A stretch of 64,000 bases of DNA from the NCBI GenBank assembly GCA_046563655.1, contig CM102287.1, forward strand, positions 3,658,001 to 3,722,000, in the 5' to 3' direction. The notes under the pieces were generated by a model. That model searched no databases. It was not told the DNA's origin and was given only the letters and a program-made list of their open reading frames with translations. Shown here one piece after another: positions 32,062 to 43,489 of the stretch. Both the position numbers and the translations under genes were made by a program. The DNA is from Yuukianura sp. NJ FZ-2021 (Eukaryota). Numbering within the stretch: position 1 is the first letter of the stretch; every line of letters starts with the position of its first letter.

Positions 32062-34867
32062 GGGCTGCTGGGACGTAAAACCACGACTTTCGTGTTTACA
32101 CATTTTTTAAACTTTTTTTTCGCAACAACAGCGAAAACCGCGCAAAAAACGAACACGCGCCAAACTTATTTAGAAATAGAATTTAGAAATTGAAATTTCA
32201 TCCTACCTCCTTTGTCTTTTGCTCTAAAGCTTTCTCAAATTCGTATTTACACTTTTCAATTAATTATTATCGCCTAATCCCTAGTTCTAATGAAGTTACA
32301 GTTAGCGTAGAGTTAGTCAAAATGAAAGTGCTAACAACTGCTGATCTGGAAAGAACGAACGAGAAGAAAAGGAGACATCAGCATCCAGATCAAACTAAAG
32401 ATGAACGACGGAAGCAAAACAAGAACGCTGGTAACCCCTACAGATCCAGAAACGGGAATTTTGTCCCTGGAATTCAGCCACCAACTCAAGTACGCTATTA
32501 CGAGATTCAATATTATGTAACTTTTAAATGTTTCAGATAAAGATTTTCATATTTGAATAGGCTAAAACGTGCGGACCTTGCACAAAACAAGGCTGCTTCC
32601 TCCCATTGGCCATCAAAATGGAAGTCTTCACAGCATACTGGAAGGAAATGGACACTTATGAAAAAAAGGCTGCCTTCTTGATGAAATGTATTGAGATCCG
32701 GAATCCTAGGACAAGATCAATTCCGAATCAACCCAGCCGGATACAAAATGTATACAAATACACGATACTGCATCAAGGAATGCCACTGGAAGTTTGCAAG
32801 AAAGGATTCCTGGACATACTTCAAATTAAGGAGAATGCCATCCGTACTGTCATTAAGAAGATGAGAGCCGGACATATGACGATTTGTGATGGGCGTGGCA
32901 AACACCAAAAGTCAACTATACCCACTGTTACAAAGAATGCTGTAATCTCGCACATTCAGAACTACCCAGCGATTGAAAGTCACTATCGACGGGTGAATGG
33001 GAACCCTCAACGTCTATACTTGGATCCAGCACTGAACATTTCCATAATATACAATGATTATATCAAGGCATGTCGGGACAACAATGTGCAGCATCTCGAG
33101 GTGGAAGAGTCGTATTTCCGTAAAGTCTTCTATACGTTCAAATTGAGTTTCGGAAACCCAAAGCAAGATACATGTGATCTTTGCGACAAATACTCCATTG
33201 CGGTCGCCTCCAATCCACTGCTGGCAGCAGAGCGGGACCTGCACCATACCCAAGGTAATCAACAGTTACCTTAACAGTGTTGCTTTTACGCCTGGATTTG
33301 AGCTTTACATTGTTGCAAGTTTCATTGTATTAGATCCTGACAACGATGCCATTTTAACTGAGTTAGATCTTCGTAATGTTGCTAGGTTAGGCTCACTGCA
33401 TTAGATCCTTATACATTGTTGCCACCTTTACACTAAATCTCCATACCCTTTTTCACCATTCAATTTCTTAACAGTGTTGCCATTATGCTTGCATCTGACC
33501 TTTACATTGTTGCCATTTTAAGTGCATTGGATACTCGCAATGTTGCCATCTCAACTGCATTAGATTAATACAATGTTGCCATGTTCTCATTTTGACCATG
33601 CAGTTTCTTAACAGTGTTGCCATTATGCTTGCATCTGACCTTTACATTGTTGCCATTTTAAGTGCATTGGATACTTATAATGTTGCCAGTTCAGTAACTC
33701 GACTTTCTTTTTTTAGCTGATGCAACGTATCACGCGTACAAGAACGACAAGTTACGATCCAAAGCTGACACTTCTTACGTCACAATCACTGTAGACCTGC
33801 AACAAGTAATCTTCACTCCTTGGCTAAGAAACAATTCCGCCTTCTACCTGCGGAAGATGAGCAATTACAACTTAGGTATTCATAATGCTGCTGATGATGC
33901 TTCTGTCATGACCTTGTGGAGCGAGACAACCGGGAAAAGGGGATCGAACGAAATAGCCAGCGCAATTTGGAATTACTTGACCTTGACTTACAACATTCTC
34001 CTTCCTGGGGAAATGCGAGAACTTGTAGTTTGGTCTGATCGTTGCATTGGGCAAAATAATAATTTCATAGTCCTGAGTATGCTGACATTCCTGGTGCAAA
34101 TTGGGCTCTTCACTTCTGTAAACCATAAACTCTTCGTTACAGGTCATTCCTACAACGACTGTGACAGAGATTTTGGCAACATCGAGTCACGACTAAGGGT
34201 TAACCCACTTATCGTTCCCAGCGACATTGAAATCGCAATAAGAAACGCTAGATGCGAAAATCCATTTTCGTGTGACTGGATTCCCTCCTCCAAAATCAAG
34301 GATTTCAAAGAGGCCAGCACTTCTTAGATACGACCACCAACTCTAAAAGTAACGGAAAGTCTTTGGTTTTTCTATGATGCAAACTTCCGGCAGCAACTAC
34401 TGTCTAGAGAAGATCACAGTGTCGTAAGTTAATTTTGCGATAAAAACATATCCATATTGAAATAATAATTTGCAATTTTAGGGAGGAGTTTGGACAAGAC
34501 ATCATCTTGTCCTCAAATCAAGAGTCCGAATCGGGAACTTCAATCCAAACACCCTAAGCCGTGCTTACAACGATGATCTGCCATTGTCACATGAGAAAGT
34601 GAAGGATTTAGAGAAACTTCTTCCGTTCCTTAAACCGCAACAGGCCTCATTTTATGAGTATATAATCTTAGAAAATTTAGACGCATTCTAAATTACTCAC
34701 TGCTTGCTTACTTAAAATCGTCCGGTAAATTTAAATAAACGTTGTTCTATCAGAAAACAGACGCATGCGCAACCTGGTATAACCGAGAACCACGGACGTC
34801 ATTTTTAAATATTGCCCGGGTGATTTTGAGTAAACACGAAACTCGTGGTTTTACGTCCCAGGCGGAT
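32062..34867 (+). mobile_element. Sola1-type DNA transposon (2806 bp)
   Basis: AATT TSD at 32058-32061 and 34868-34871; empty site in HINE copy 1 at about 1452-1470. TIR core CTGGGACGTAAAACCACGA(C/G)TTTCGTGTTTAC. Confidence 0.85.
32322..34691 (+). pseudogene. Four-exon Sola1-type DDE/D transposase with one in-frame TAG (34325-34327)
   Basis: Exons 32322-32489, 32561-33254, 33717-34423 and 34482-34691 splice GT-AG in frame. Motifs ESHYRR, CDLC, DLQQV, KRGSNEIAS, WSDRCIGQN, GHSYNDCDRDFG and C-terminal LPLSHEKVKDLEKLL..FY. AATAAA at 34734-34739. Confidence 0.85.
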
Positions 34868-35673
34868 AATTGTACAGTTATTTTGACGCTGGGTAATGGG
34901 CGTTGTTATTTCAAAATTTGTGCATACTGGAGAACAATAATTGTTCCGCGAAGCCATTCAATTGTCCACCAAATAATTTTGCTAACAGTTTGATGCAGAA
35001 ATGTTGTGAACCAAAATAATTTTCAGGAGAGTGAAAACGGTTCAGGGCTAAAGCTGAACAACATTCTTATGCAAACGGTTTTTTCACATTTTGGTGCAAT
35101 TGTGCACAAAAAGGCCCCACATCTGCACTGAAAGTTATGAGCGACGTTTCGCTGCATAAATCCCGTGAAAACGGTTTCTTGACGTTTTTCTTCAACGGGT
35201 TTGTGGACAGCTGGTCTAAAAGTCGTATCAATTGCCAACTCCCTCCAGAAGACCTATGCTCAACCCTTGAGCATTGCCCTACCTTGTTTTTAATGCGCAG
35301 TTGTTGATTGTAATTTTTCAAGCGTCTCCCATAGAAACTGCTTAGGTTGAAGTGATTAGTAGAGGTTGAAGTGAAGTGAACAACACGGCTATTTCTTTTC
35401 TAAAACAAAATGTCTAATGTCAACAGCCTAGGTCGAAGGTGACAGGTTACACAAGGGCACCCTGGCACTTTTTTCATTATCAATAGACGCCACAAGGCTG
35501 ACAATCGTTTGCTTTCATGCTGAAGTTTCGTGTTCCGGCATTTAGAAAATTAATTAATTCAAAAAAGAATTCTGTAAAGGACAGTAACTCTTTTAGGCTA
35601 AGTTTTCCTTACGTCAACCTAACACGTTTCTAGGGGTGACGCTTGAGAAATTACAATGAACAACTGCACAGTA

Positions 35674-37627
35674 AAAACAAGGTAGGGCAATGCTCAAGGG
35701 TTGAGCATAGGTCTTCTGGAGGGAGTTGACAATTTATAAGACTTTTAGATCGGCCGGCCGCAAAACCGTGTAACAATAAGGTGAGAAACCGTTTTCATGG
35801 AATTGATGCACCGAACCATCGCTCAAAATTTTCAGTGCGGAGGTGAGGTTCTATTTTGTGTATGATTTACACCAGAATTGTGTTGGCAATTCTACCGTTC
35901 AATTGCACCAACATCATGTTCCTGTTTTGAGGCTCACAATACCTGCACTGAATTGATGTTGTTAATTTCTTGAGCAAGATACACACTGTATTTTAGATTG
36001 TTGGCATGGCAATACATCATACATAACAGCGTTAATTTAACTGCATAATAATGTTGTTCAAATTGGGCTCAGCAGATTTCACTCTGCTCAAAATTATTTT
36101 GATGCACAATCGTTCTCAAGCATGCACAAAACTTTCAGTTGTGTGCATCATGCACAAAACTGACGTGGGGGGAGGGGTGTCGAATGTCGATTCCTAAAAG
36201 TCAAAATTGGTTCATGTAAATGCACAATTCAACGTTTATGTATCCCTGTTGGTCATAAGTGTGCAACATGCCAGAGGTGGTAGCCTGCAACTATTTTCCC
36301 CAACCTGCCCCGCCTGCACTGCAGGAATTTTTAGCCTGCACGCCTGCAGCCTGCAAAATTGTCGAAAATCGGCAGCCTGCACGCCTGCACCTGCAAGGCT
36401 CTTTGGCAGGCCAGCCTGCAGCCTGCGCAGGCTGCCTGCAGTCAGCCTGCAATTTTTTTATGCGAACTGTAATCTGCGAAAATTTCAATATACACTTATA
36501 ACTACTGCGTAGATTCGTTTGCGTATAATGGCAATTACTCAATCACCCTCAATTATCTGTCGGTTGTCCTTTCCAAACACGTAGGGAGAAAAATTTCTAG
36601 TAATAAATTGTTTTACGACACTGCTACCTTACTTTTGGTTTGTTTAACTTTTAAAAATTCTTGATCCTTGCACATAAAAAAATCCGCAAAAGTTATACTG
36701 TCAAATCTTGCGTTGTCTACACGTGCAAGTGTAACGTCAACTTTACTTAACAATATTTCTTCTGCCTCCGGATTCATTATTTATTGTTTAAAAGCCCTAT
36801 AGTGCAACTAATGTACAGCAAAAAGTTTGCATAGTTCCATTGATTTTAATTCTTCAACATTCCAAAGTAATTTTTCTATTCGTTTCTATCTTTTCTTGAA
36901 GTTTCTGAGAATAAAACGCTCAAAAAATCACAACCCGCAGCCTGCAGGCCAAATGCAGGCGCCTGCAGAGCATTGCTGGCTGAACCCGCCCGCCTGCAAC
37001 ATTTCCAAATAAAAACCTGCACGCCTGCAGCCTGCAAAAATCCACCGCAGGTTGAGCCCGCCTGCACGGGCTGCAGGTTGGCCTGCAACCTGCGCAGGTT
37101 TACCTGCAGGCTACCACCTCTGCAACATGCACAAAAATGAACGCTAGAGTGAGGGGTCGAATATGGCTTGTAAAACTCGAAGTTATAAAAATTTCTAGTA
37201 ACTGCAGCTTTGACCGCTGTCATGCACTATTCACATATTAAACATCTAAGCCAAATTTTCTACCCTCTAGTTAAGTCTTAATTTAGCAACGTAATTAAAC
37301 ATATTGCCAGAAAATGACCGGATCAAAACTTCGTTGTTTAAATATATTTTGAGTGTAATCGAAACCAAAATGTTTCCGGGAAACGACTGCACTTAGGGTG
37401 CATAAAGTGGTCGCCCATTTCCACGTTGTTAATATAACACTTTGAGTGCAATTAAGACTTATTGAAAACACTTGAGGCATACATAACCCCCCGGACAAAA
37501 TGGAGCTTATGTTTTAGCGCAAAAGATACTAAAAAAGCGAACGGACAGACAGACAGACAGACAGACAAAGTCGTATCAATAGTCTTCTTCAGCACGTCGT
37601 AGACGTGCGTCTCCAGAAGACTAAAAA
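35674..37627 (-). mobile_element. HINE family A, copy 7
   Basis: Both termini present. The 5' about 0.35 kb is nearly identical to copy 12. Confidence 0.9.
36272..37122. mobile_element. hAT-like non-autonomous element (851 bp)
   Basis: 18-bp TIR CAGAGGTGGTAGCCTGCA. 8-bp TSD CAACATGC at 36264-36271 and 37123-37130. Many subterminal GCCTGCA motifs. Confidence 0.9.
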
Positions 37628-37748
37628 TGTACTATAAGTGCATAAGTTATAGTGTCGCATATCGCTTGTTTAATACCAAAATTACAGAAACATCTTGTAA
37701 AGGCCAATTTGCAGTCTGTCAAGGCCTATACAGATGTTACAAATTTAA

Positions 37749-37910
37749 CGTCTTGTACCGAAAGCCAAAATATCGGCTTTGTTTGTTTCCTATGGTAGCC
37801 CGAGAACCCATATTTCGGTTTGTTTATTTCTGCTCACTAGACCAAAAGCCGATATTTCGGCGAAGTTTTGCAGTCTCCTGAGTCAAAGAGCCGAAGTATC
37901 GGCTTTTAAA
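37749..37910. mobile_element. Terminal fragment of the piggyBac-like family seen at 56039-56984
   Basis: Follows TTAA and matches the reverse complement of about 56820-56984 (GCCGATATTTCGG repeats). Confidence 0.7.
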
Positions 37911-39189
37911 AATGTTTCCTAGGTACCTATTAAGGTTACCTAACCTAACCTATGCAATTAGGAGAACACAAATGACTACCGAATCCTAGCTTATGACGAT
38001 GCCCACCGAATCCGAGCTTATGACGTCACAGTTTCAAATTCTGGAATTTCTTTATTTGTTTCATTTGAAAAGTTTTCTCATGGTGCTCTACATTTATATT
38101 TTATCGATCAAAAAAAAACTTTATAACAAAAAAATGTTTTTTAAAAAACTTTTTTTTAATATAAAAAAATTATTCTAATAACTTAGAGAAATACTTTTAA
38201 GTACAAAAATTATTTTTTAAATACAAGAAAAATTCTGTTTCAAAACATTTTTTTCTTTTTGCAGACTTTTTTTTATTTTAAGGACGTGTGCTATGCGTCT
38301 AATTAACAGCAGTTGTTAAATTTAGTTACCACGATAACCGAACTTGTGTAGTTAGTAAAAGTTGCAGACATCGACAAAAAGAAACACTAATGTGAAAAGC
38401 GATAAGTGCAAAGATGGTCAAAGAAGTATGAACTTTCAAACAAAATGCTGACTCAAGTTCGGTTGCCGTCGTTTGGGTTTTGTAAATAAGTTTTCTGAAA
38501 CTGCGACATTGAAAATGAAAAATCGTGGGGATCAGCGTAGAAAGGTCGAACAATGACCGACAATATATCAAACTTTAGGAAAAGACCTGATCTAGTATCC
38601 TGTTGAAAAAAAATTACAAAATTTTCGTTTTCGTTCATATTTACATAGAACTAAAATTTTGTAAGTTTTTTTCAACAGGATACTAGGTCAAGTTTTTTTC
38701 TACAGTTTGATATATTGTGGGTCATTGTACGACCTTCCTACGCTGATCCAGACCATTTTTCATTTGATGAGTTACAGCCGAATTTTGACCCCCCCCAGTT
38801 TCCAGGGTATTCGCGAGCCTTAAGAAAAAATGTTTAATTATAAGATAAAAATAATTAATAGTAAAAGTCGTTAGTACCCCTCCATACAATGGCCCCTATA
38901 TCCGCACGTAGCATGTGATATGGTCAGAAATATTTGGTCAGAAGTGGAATGATCAGAAGTGAAAAGGTCAGAATTCAAAAGATCTCAGGTTAGGTTTGGT
39001 TACGTTCCTTCCTTTTCTGACATTTTTTTCTGATCATTTCACTTTTGATCTTTTCACTTTCTGACCAAATCACATGGAACCATATCCGCATTGAAAACTA
39101 TGAGCAAAGCTTCGGTGCAGAAATCTCGTGAAAAAAGTTTTTCGTCGTATTTGTGCAACAGCTTTGCAGTCGGCGATTTAAGGCTGATA

Positions 39190-40060
39190 AACTACCTCCC
39201 GAACACCACTCAACTCAGCCCTTATATATATATACGTTTATAGAAGGGGACTCACTACCTATTGATTGGAATAGCGAGATCCACGCTGAGCATGCTCATT
39301 GGAATATTTCAGACTCTCCTAGAGAAACAGCGTTACTCTACCGGGCTGTCCCTCTGCTTAGCCCGATTTAACTTCCCTGTTTTTATGACAAAGTCGAGTA
39401 GGGAAGGCAGAGGGACCGTCGCATGGTCTTTCTTGTCTAGGAAGGGCTTCCCGAACAGAATCAACCTTGTGTGTACAAATACTGCACACTCTGCCAGGAA
39501 ATGATCTCTGCTTTTGTCCCCCTTCCCGCAAGTGCTGCAGGTAAGGGAGTCGGCGAGCCCCATTTTATGGAGATGTGAGGCCAATAGACAGTATCCTGTT
39601 ACAATCATAGCTAGGAGTCTCCGGCCCTACCGGAGACTACCCTAACGACCCCCGGCTTAGACAGAGACAGAACTTTGCTGTTTTGTCGCTGAAGGTTTGC
39701 AGCAGAGTTTTGGTGTCCTTGTAGTTCTTGCTGTTTCTGCACCTTTGTTCGTGACGCATCTTAGCCCATCTGCTAATGGCAGTATGAACTCTGCGCATCG
39801 AAACAGGTAGAGTAGGTACAGGGACATTGAACGGTAATTGTGTAGCCTCTTTCGCTAGCACGCCGACAGTTTCATTCCCTTCGTACCCACTGTGGGCCGG
39901 TATCCAGTGAACTTGTCGGGTAATCGATAAGTTGTTTAAAACGTCGAAACACTGTCTGAGCATACCCGTTTGTGGCCGCGGGTTTCTCAGAGCGTCCATT
40001 ACGCTTAAAGAGTCTACGTAAATGTGCGCAGGGCGCACGTTTTTTTCCAGAATGAGCCCT
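39190..40060 (-). pseudogene. 5'-truncated non-LTR retrotransposon (RNase H plus CCHC; Loa/R1/I-group-like)
   Basis: RNase H motifs HIYVDSLS..HWIPAHSGYEGNE..LAKEA, then the knuckle TGYCLLASHL..CSTC..HFLAEC. The frames are broken. Confidence 0.8.
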
Positions 40061-40638
40061 TCTGCAGTAAATCTTAAGTAAAAGGTAGTTCTGGACTTAT
40101 TTTTAAGTAATTTAAATCAGAAATAAAGTGAAATAATTTACAGCCCCAACTTGTTAATGATTATTTGCGGTCTCGATTTTTTTTATTTCCGTTTTCACAT
40201 AGAATTCTGTGCCTCAAGTGCATGCCGTTTGCATGCATTCGGAGGATCCGAACTCTGAATTATTCGAATTCGCCAAAAATTTGAATGTAAATTCGGCTTC
40301 AAAATTCGAATTGACACCCCTACGTTCCGCGTAATATAGGTGATAATTATCTCCAGGAATTCCTAAACCCCTGTGAAAACCTCGAAAAGTAAATTAGACT
40401 GACGTCATTCCTAAGATACGTGGCGACGATTAGCAGAAATATGGTAGAAAAATTGTTGCTTCCAATTTAATGTTTGACTTAATCTCCCAAAACAATTTAT
40501 CGATCTATATTTTATGTTCAAAATGAAGTACTATTTAATATTTCTCACGCTATTAAAATATAGAATCAATAGAAGCGTTCAATATTTTGTATCACCATAT
40601 AAGTATTCTACGTGTTCGTGAGCAAAGGTTAGCTAGAA

Positions 40639-41217
40639 TTAGAAACTTACAGGTTCAGAAGAACAGCAGATCAAACCCTTGGTTGACCAACCCATTCCAA
40701 AGTGTTTTGCTATAATACCACAAGGAAAAGTATCGCTTTGGCATTCAACTGCACTATCCGCACCAGCAACACATTGAAATCCTCGATCTTGTAATACGTT
40801 GCTGAACAATTCCGAGTTACTGCAAGCATCTTTCGACTCTGGTACTTTGATTGCCGACACAAAATTTGTTTCACATATGATATATTTTGGAGAAGCTTGT
40901 GGAATGCATGGGACATTCCCGTCTTCCGGAAAACATACCCGTTGCACGCATTCATGGCGATCATTGTCGAGATATGTTACATCAATAGTGTGGACTTTTT
41001 TTGCACAGATAATGGATTGGCCATTGAAACCCTGTATGTAGTAATCTGATGGGCACATGGCGAAATAGAAACCAAAGTTTCCTTCTTCCGACATAAATAT
41101 TCCCGCGAAAGTTTTTCTTGACGTTTGGTGAAAATGAGTTTGAATACTCTTTATAACAACTTGTGATGCTGAGTTTTCACTTCTGTCAGCGGCTTCCATG
41201 GAGAGAACAGCAATGTT
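40639..41217 (-). CDS. Cys-rich family member C, terminal coding exon (about 192 aa); an upstream exon probably ends at ..ATGACAAAG|GTAA (about 41325)
   Basis: Acceptor TTTCTTTAG (41218-41220), then NIAVLSMEAA... Motifs AMCPSDYYIQGF..IICA and PCG..LICCSS. Confidence 0.65.
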   Translation of the reverse strand, partial: NIAVLSMEAADRSENSASQVVIKSIQTHFHQTSRKTFAGIFMSEEGNFGFYFAMCPSDYYIQGFNGQSIICAKKVHTIDVTYLDNDRHECVQRVCFPEDGNVPCIPQASPKYIICETNFVSAIKVPESKDACSNSELFSNVLQDRGFQCVAGADSAVECQSDTFPCGIIAKHFGMGWSTKGLICCSSEPVSF

Positions 41218-41879
41218 CTAAAGAAAACCAGTTATGTTTATAATCCGGCATAGAATTCAGTTTTATGAGACGAACTTCACTGGGTGAAAATGGAATGAGA
41301 ATAAGTACATTGTAATTTTATTACCTTTGTCATAATAGACTCAGCTAAATTGTAATAACGAATTTGTTTCATTTTAGAGAACAAACTGTTGTAACAGGTA
41401 AATCTACGAATTTTCAGGTGGCGAAAGTCTACGGGACGAGCGTCTACGATTTAAGTGATTGGGCTTTGCGGGGATTATATGTAAACCATATATATTATTT
41501 AGCCGCATTGACTCTAGCCAACAATAGCCGAATTATTTCAGAGTAGCAAACCGTTAAATTCGTGAATGTACTTAACCTAAAGCATAGAATAAAAGTAGAG
41601 TAAAGTGGGGTAGAACTATAGTACAAATTGACAAACAAATTGCAAACAATTGACAGTTTGTTGATTTCGAATTTCTCACCGCTCGCCCAGGCAACACCAC
41701 GGTTGACATAAACCAAACAATACAATTGTGAACTGCACAAATATTTTGTAAATAATATGGGTTTTGCGGTAGTGGTAGAATTTAGAGATGAAATAGAGCC
41801 AAGCCACTGTGGCGTCGTAAAATTCAGGAATGCGTTGCTTCAAATGACGTCATTTAAAGCGTCACATGGGGCTCTCAAA

Positions 41880-43203
41880 AAACAAGGTAGGGCAATGCTC
41901 AAGGGTTGAGCATAGGTCTTCTGGAGGAAGCTGACAATTGATACGACTTAGATCGGCCGGCCGTACAACCGTGGAACAAAAAGATGGGAAACAGTTTTTA
42001 TGCATTTCATGCTACAAAACGCCGCTCAAAATTTTCAGTCCGTATATAAGGTCCTGCTTTGTGCGTTACCTGCACCAAATTGTCCAATAGGAAAAAAGAA
42101 TGAAAAAACCGTTTGCATTAAAATGTAAAAATTTAGCTCAGAAAAGTTTTCAAACTCCTCAAATTATTTGGTGCACAATTGTTCCCAAATATGCACTCGT
42201 ATTGGCGTGACTCAGGCGTCTATTACCCAGCGTCAAAATAACTGCATACATTTACATTTATGTGCAATAAGTGTGCAACATGCACGAAATTGAACGTTAA
42301 AAGAAGGGTGTCGAATATCGTTTCCTTAGAATCAAAATCTGTTCACGTAAATGTAATTCAACCACGTAATTCAACGTTTATGTATCCTGGTATTTATAAG
42401 TGCGCATCATGCACAAAATTGAACGTAGAGGATGAGCCCTCCAATATCATTTGTTTAAAATCGAAATTTCTTGTATAAATTTGAACCCTGCCAAACACTT
42501 TTACATATTATTAATTTAAGCCGGATTTTCTACCCTGTAATAAGCGCAAATTTAACAACGTAAATAAGCATACTGTCAGAAAATGACCAGATCAAAACTT
42601 CGTTTAAAAAAAATATTTTGAGTATAATGCCGAATTTACACATTCCCATGCCGTTTTTCTTTCTGTTGTTATTTCTGCTTTGCTTTCCAATTTTTCGTTT
42701 TATAGTTGCCCTTCTCGTGACAACGGAATTCATCACATCATTCTGATGTGAAACAAGCAGGGAACGGAATTGGGTTTATACATTCCGTTCCTATGCCATT
42801 CCTCTTTACTTTCTTTCTTTTTCAAAAGTTGAACCGAGTTCAACTTTTCGAAGGAAAGTAGAGGGGAAAAGAATTAAATAATAATCTCCGTGTGTTGCTT
42901 AGGGGATGAACCAGTTTCCTAAATCAACGGTTTACAGTTTCTCCGCAGAATTCAGCAAGGAAAGAAGAACATCATTGGAAAAAATTCCTTTCTGCTGAAT
43001 TTTGGTAGCAAGTATAAATGAAACACTGAATGTAAAGGTAAGGGAGTGGGAACGTTCACGGCATGGTAACAGAATGTCTAAATTCGGCATAATGCAGACC
43101 TAACACAAAAATTTTGAGGACTTAAAAAGCACGTACGTAATGTGGCCTGCAATTCTTACGTTGTTAATTTACGTCTTTGAGTACAACGTAGACCTACTAA
43201 AAA
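41880..43203 (-). mobile_element. HINE family A, copy 8 (5'-truncated)
   Basis: 3' stem-loop present, 5' hairpin missing. Sister of copy 4. Confidence 0.8.
42628..43089. mobile_element. PIF/Harbinger-like MITE (TSD TAA)
   Basis: TIR TGCCGAATTTACACATTC / GAATGTCTAAATTCGGCA. TAA at 42625-42627 and 43090-43092. Confidence 0.75.
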
Positions 43204-43489
43204 CGAAGAGAAGGGACTTTACCGCTCGTAAAAATTTGAGAATAAACGATTCTGTTTTTAGAAACACATAGGCCCGTAGGCCGGGGGACTAGAGCTTCGG
43301 CTCTATCCCACCAAAACCTTGGGCTGGAGCGGGTTCGAGTCCCGGTGTCGCCGACACGAAAGTCGTTTTCCAGAAATGGTTTTCCCACTTACCTAGCCTG
43401 CATGGTGTGTTCGGATGATAGTTCAATTTGGGGGATGATGAATGCGTGTGAAGAGGTCAGTAGTTGCTGTTGTGGAGGGGGGTCGTGGG

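Larger units (their letters stand above)
30944..35290 (+). mobile_element. HINE family A, copy 6 (near-identical to copy 1; internal duplication of about 0.5 kb; hosts the Sola1 element)
   Basis: Both termini present. Longer (GTCT)n tract. About 31560-32060 repeats about 31066-31560 with divergence. Confidence 0.9.
30937..37634. mobile_element. TA-TSD MITE (core 35291-35675) with a HINE inserted in each TIR
   Basis: TA at 30935-30936 and 37635-37636. Outer TAGTTCA/TGTACTA. Inner TIR AATGCGCAGTTGTTGATTGTAATTTTTCAAGCGTCTCCCATAGAAAC versus GTTTCTAGGGGTGACGCTTGAGAAATTACAATGAACAACTGCACAGT. Confidence 0.8.
30370..37748 (-). mobile_element. Old diverged HINE family A, copy 5, split by a 6.7-kb nested insertion
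   Basis: The 3' part at 30370-30934 and the continuation AAGTGCATAAGTTATAG at 37637-37748 rejoin the consensus CATGTGTTAAA(T/C)TAAGTGCATAAG. Confidence 0.7.

Noticed and set aside
36207..37223. Ala/Cys/Gln-rich ORFs
   Set aside because: They are by-products of GCCTGCA subterminal repeats of the hAT-like element.
43271..43355. Functional tRNA gene
   Set aside because: A B-box is present but I could not fold a convincing cloverleaf, and it continues into a longer body; a SINE head fits better.
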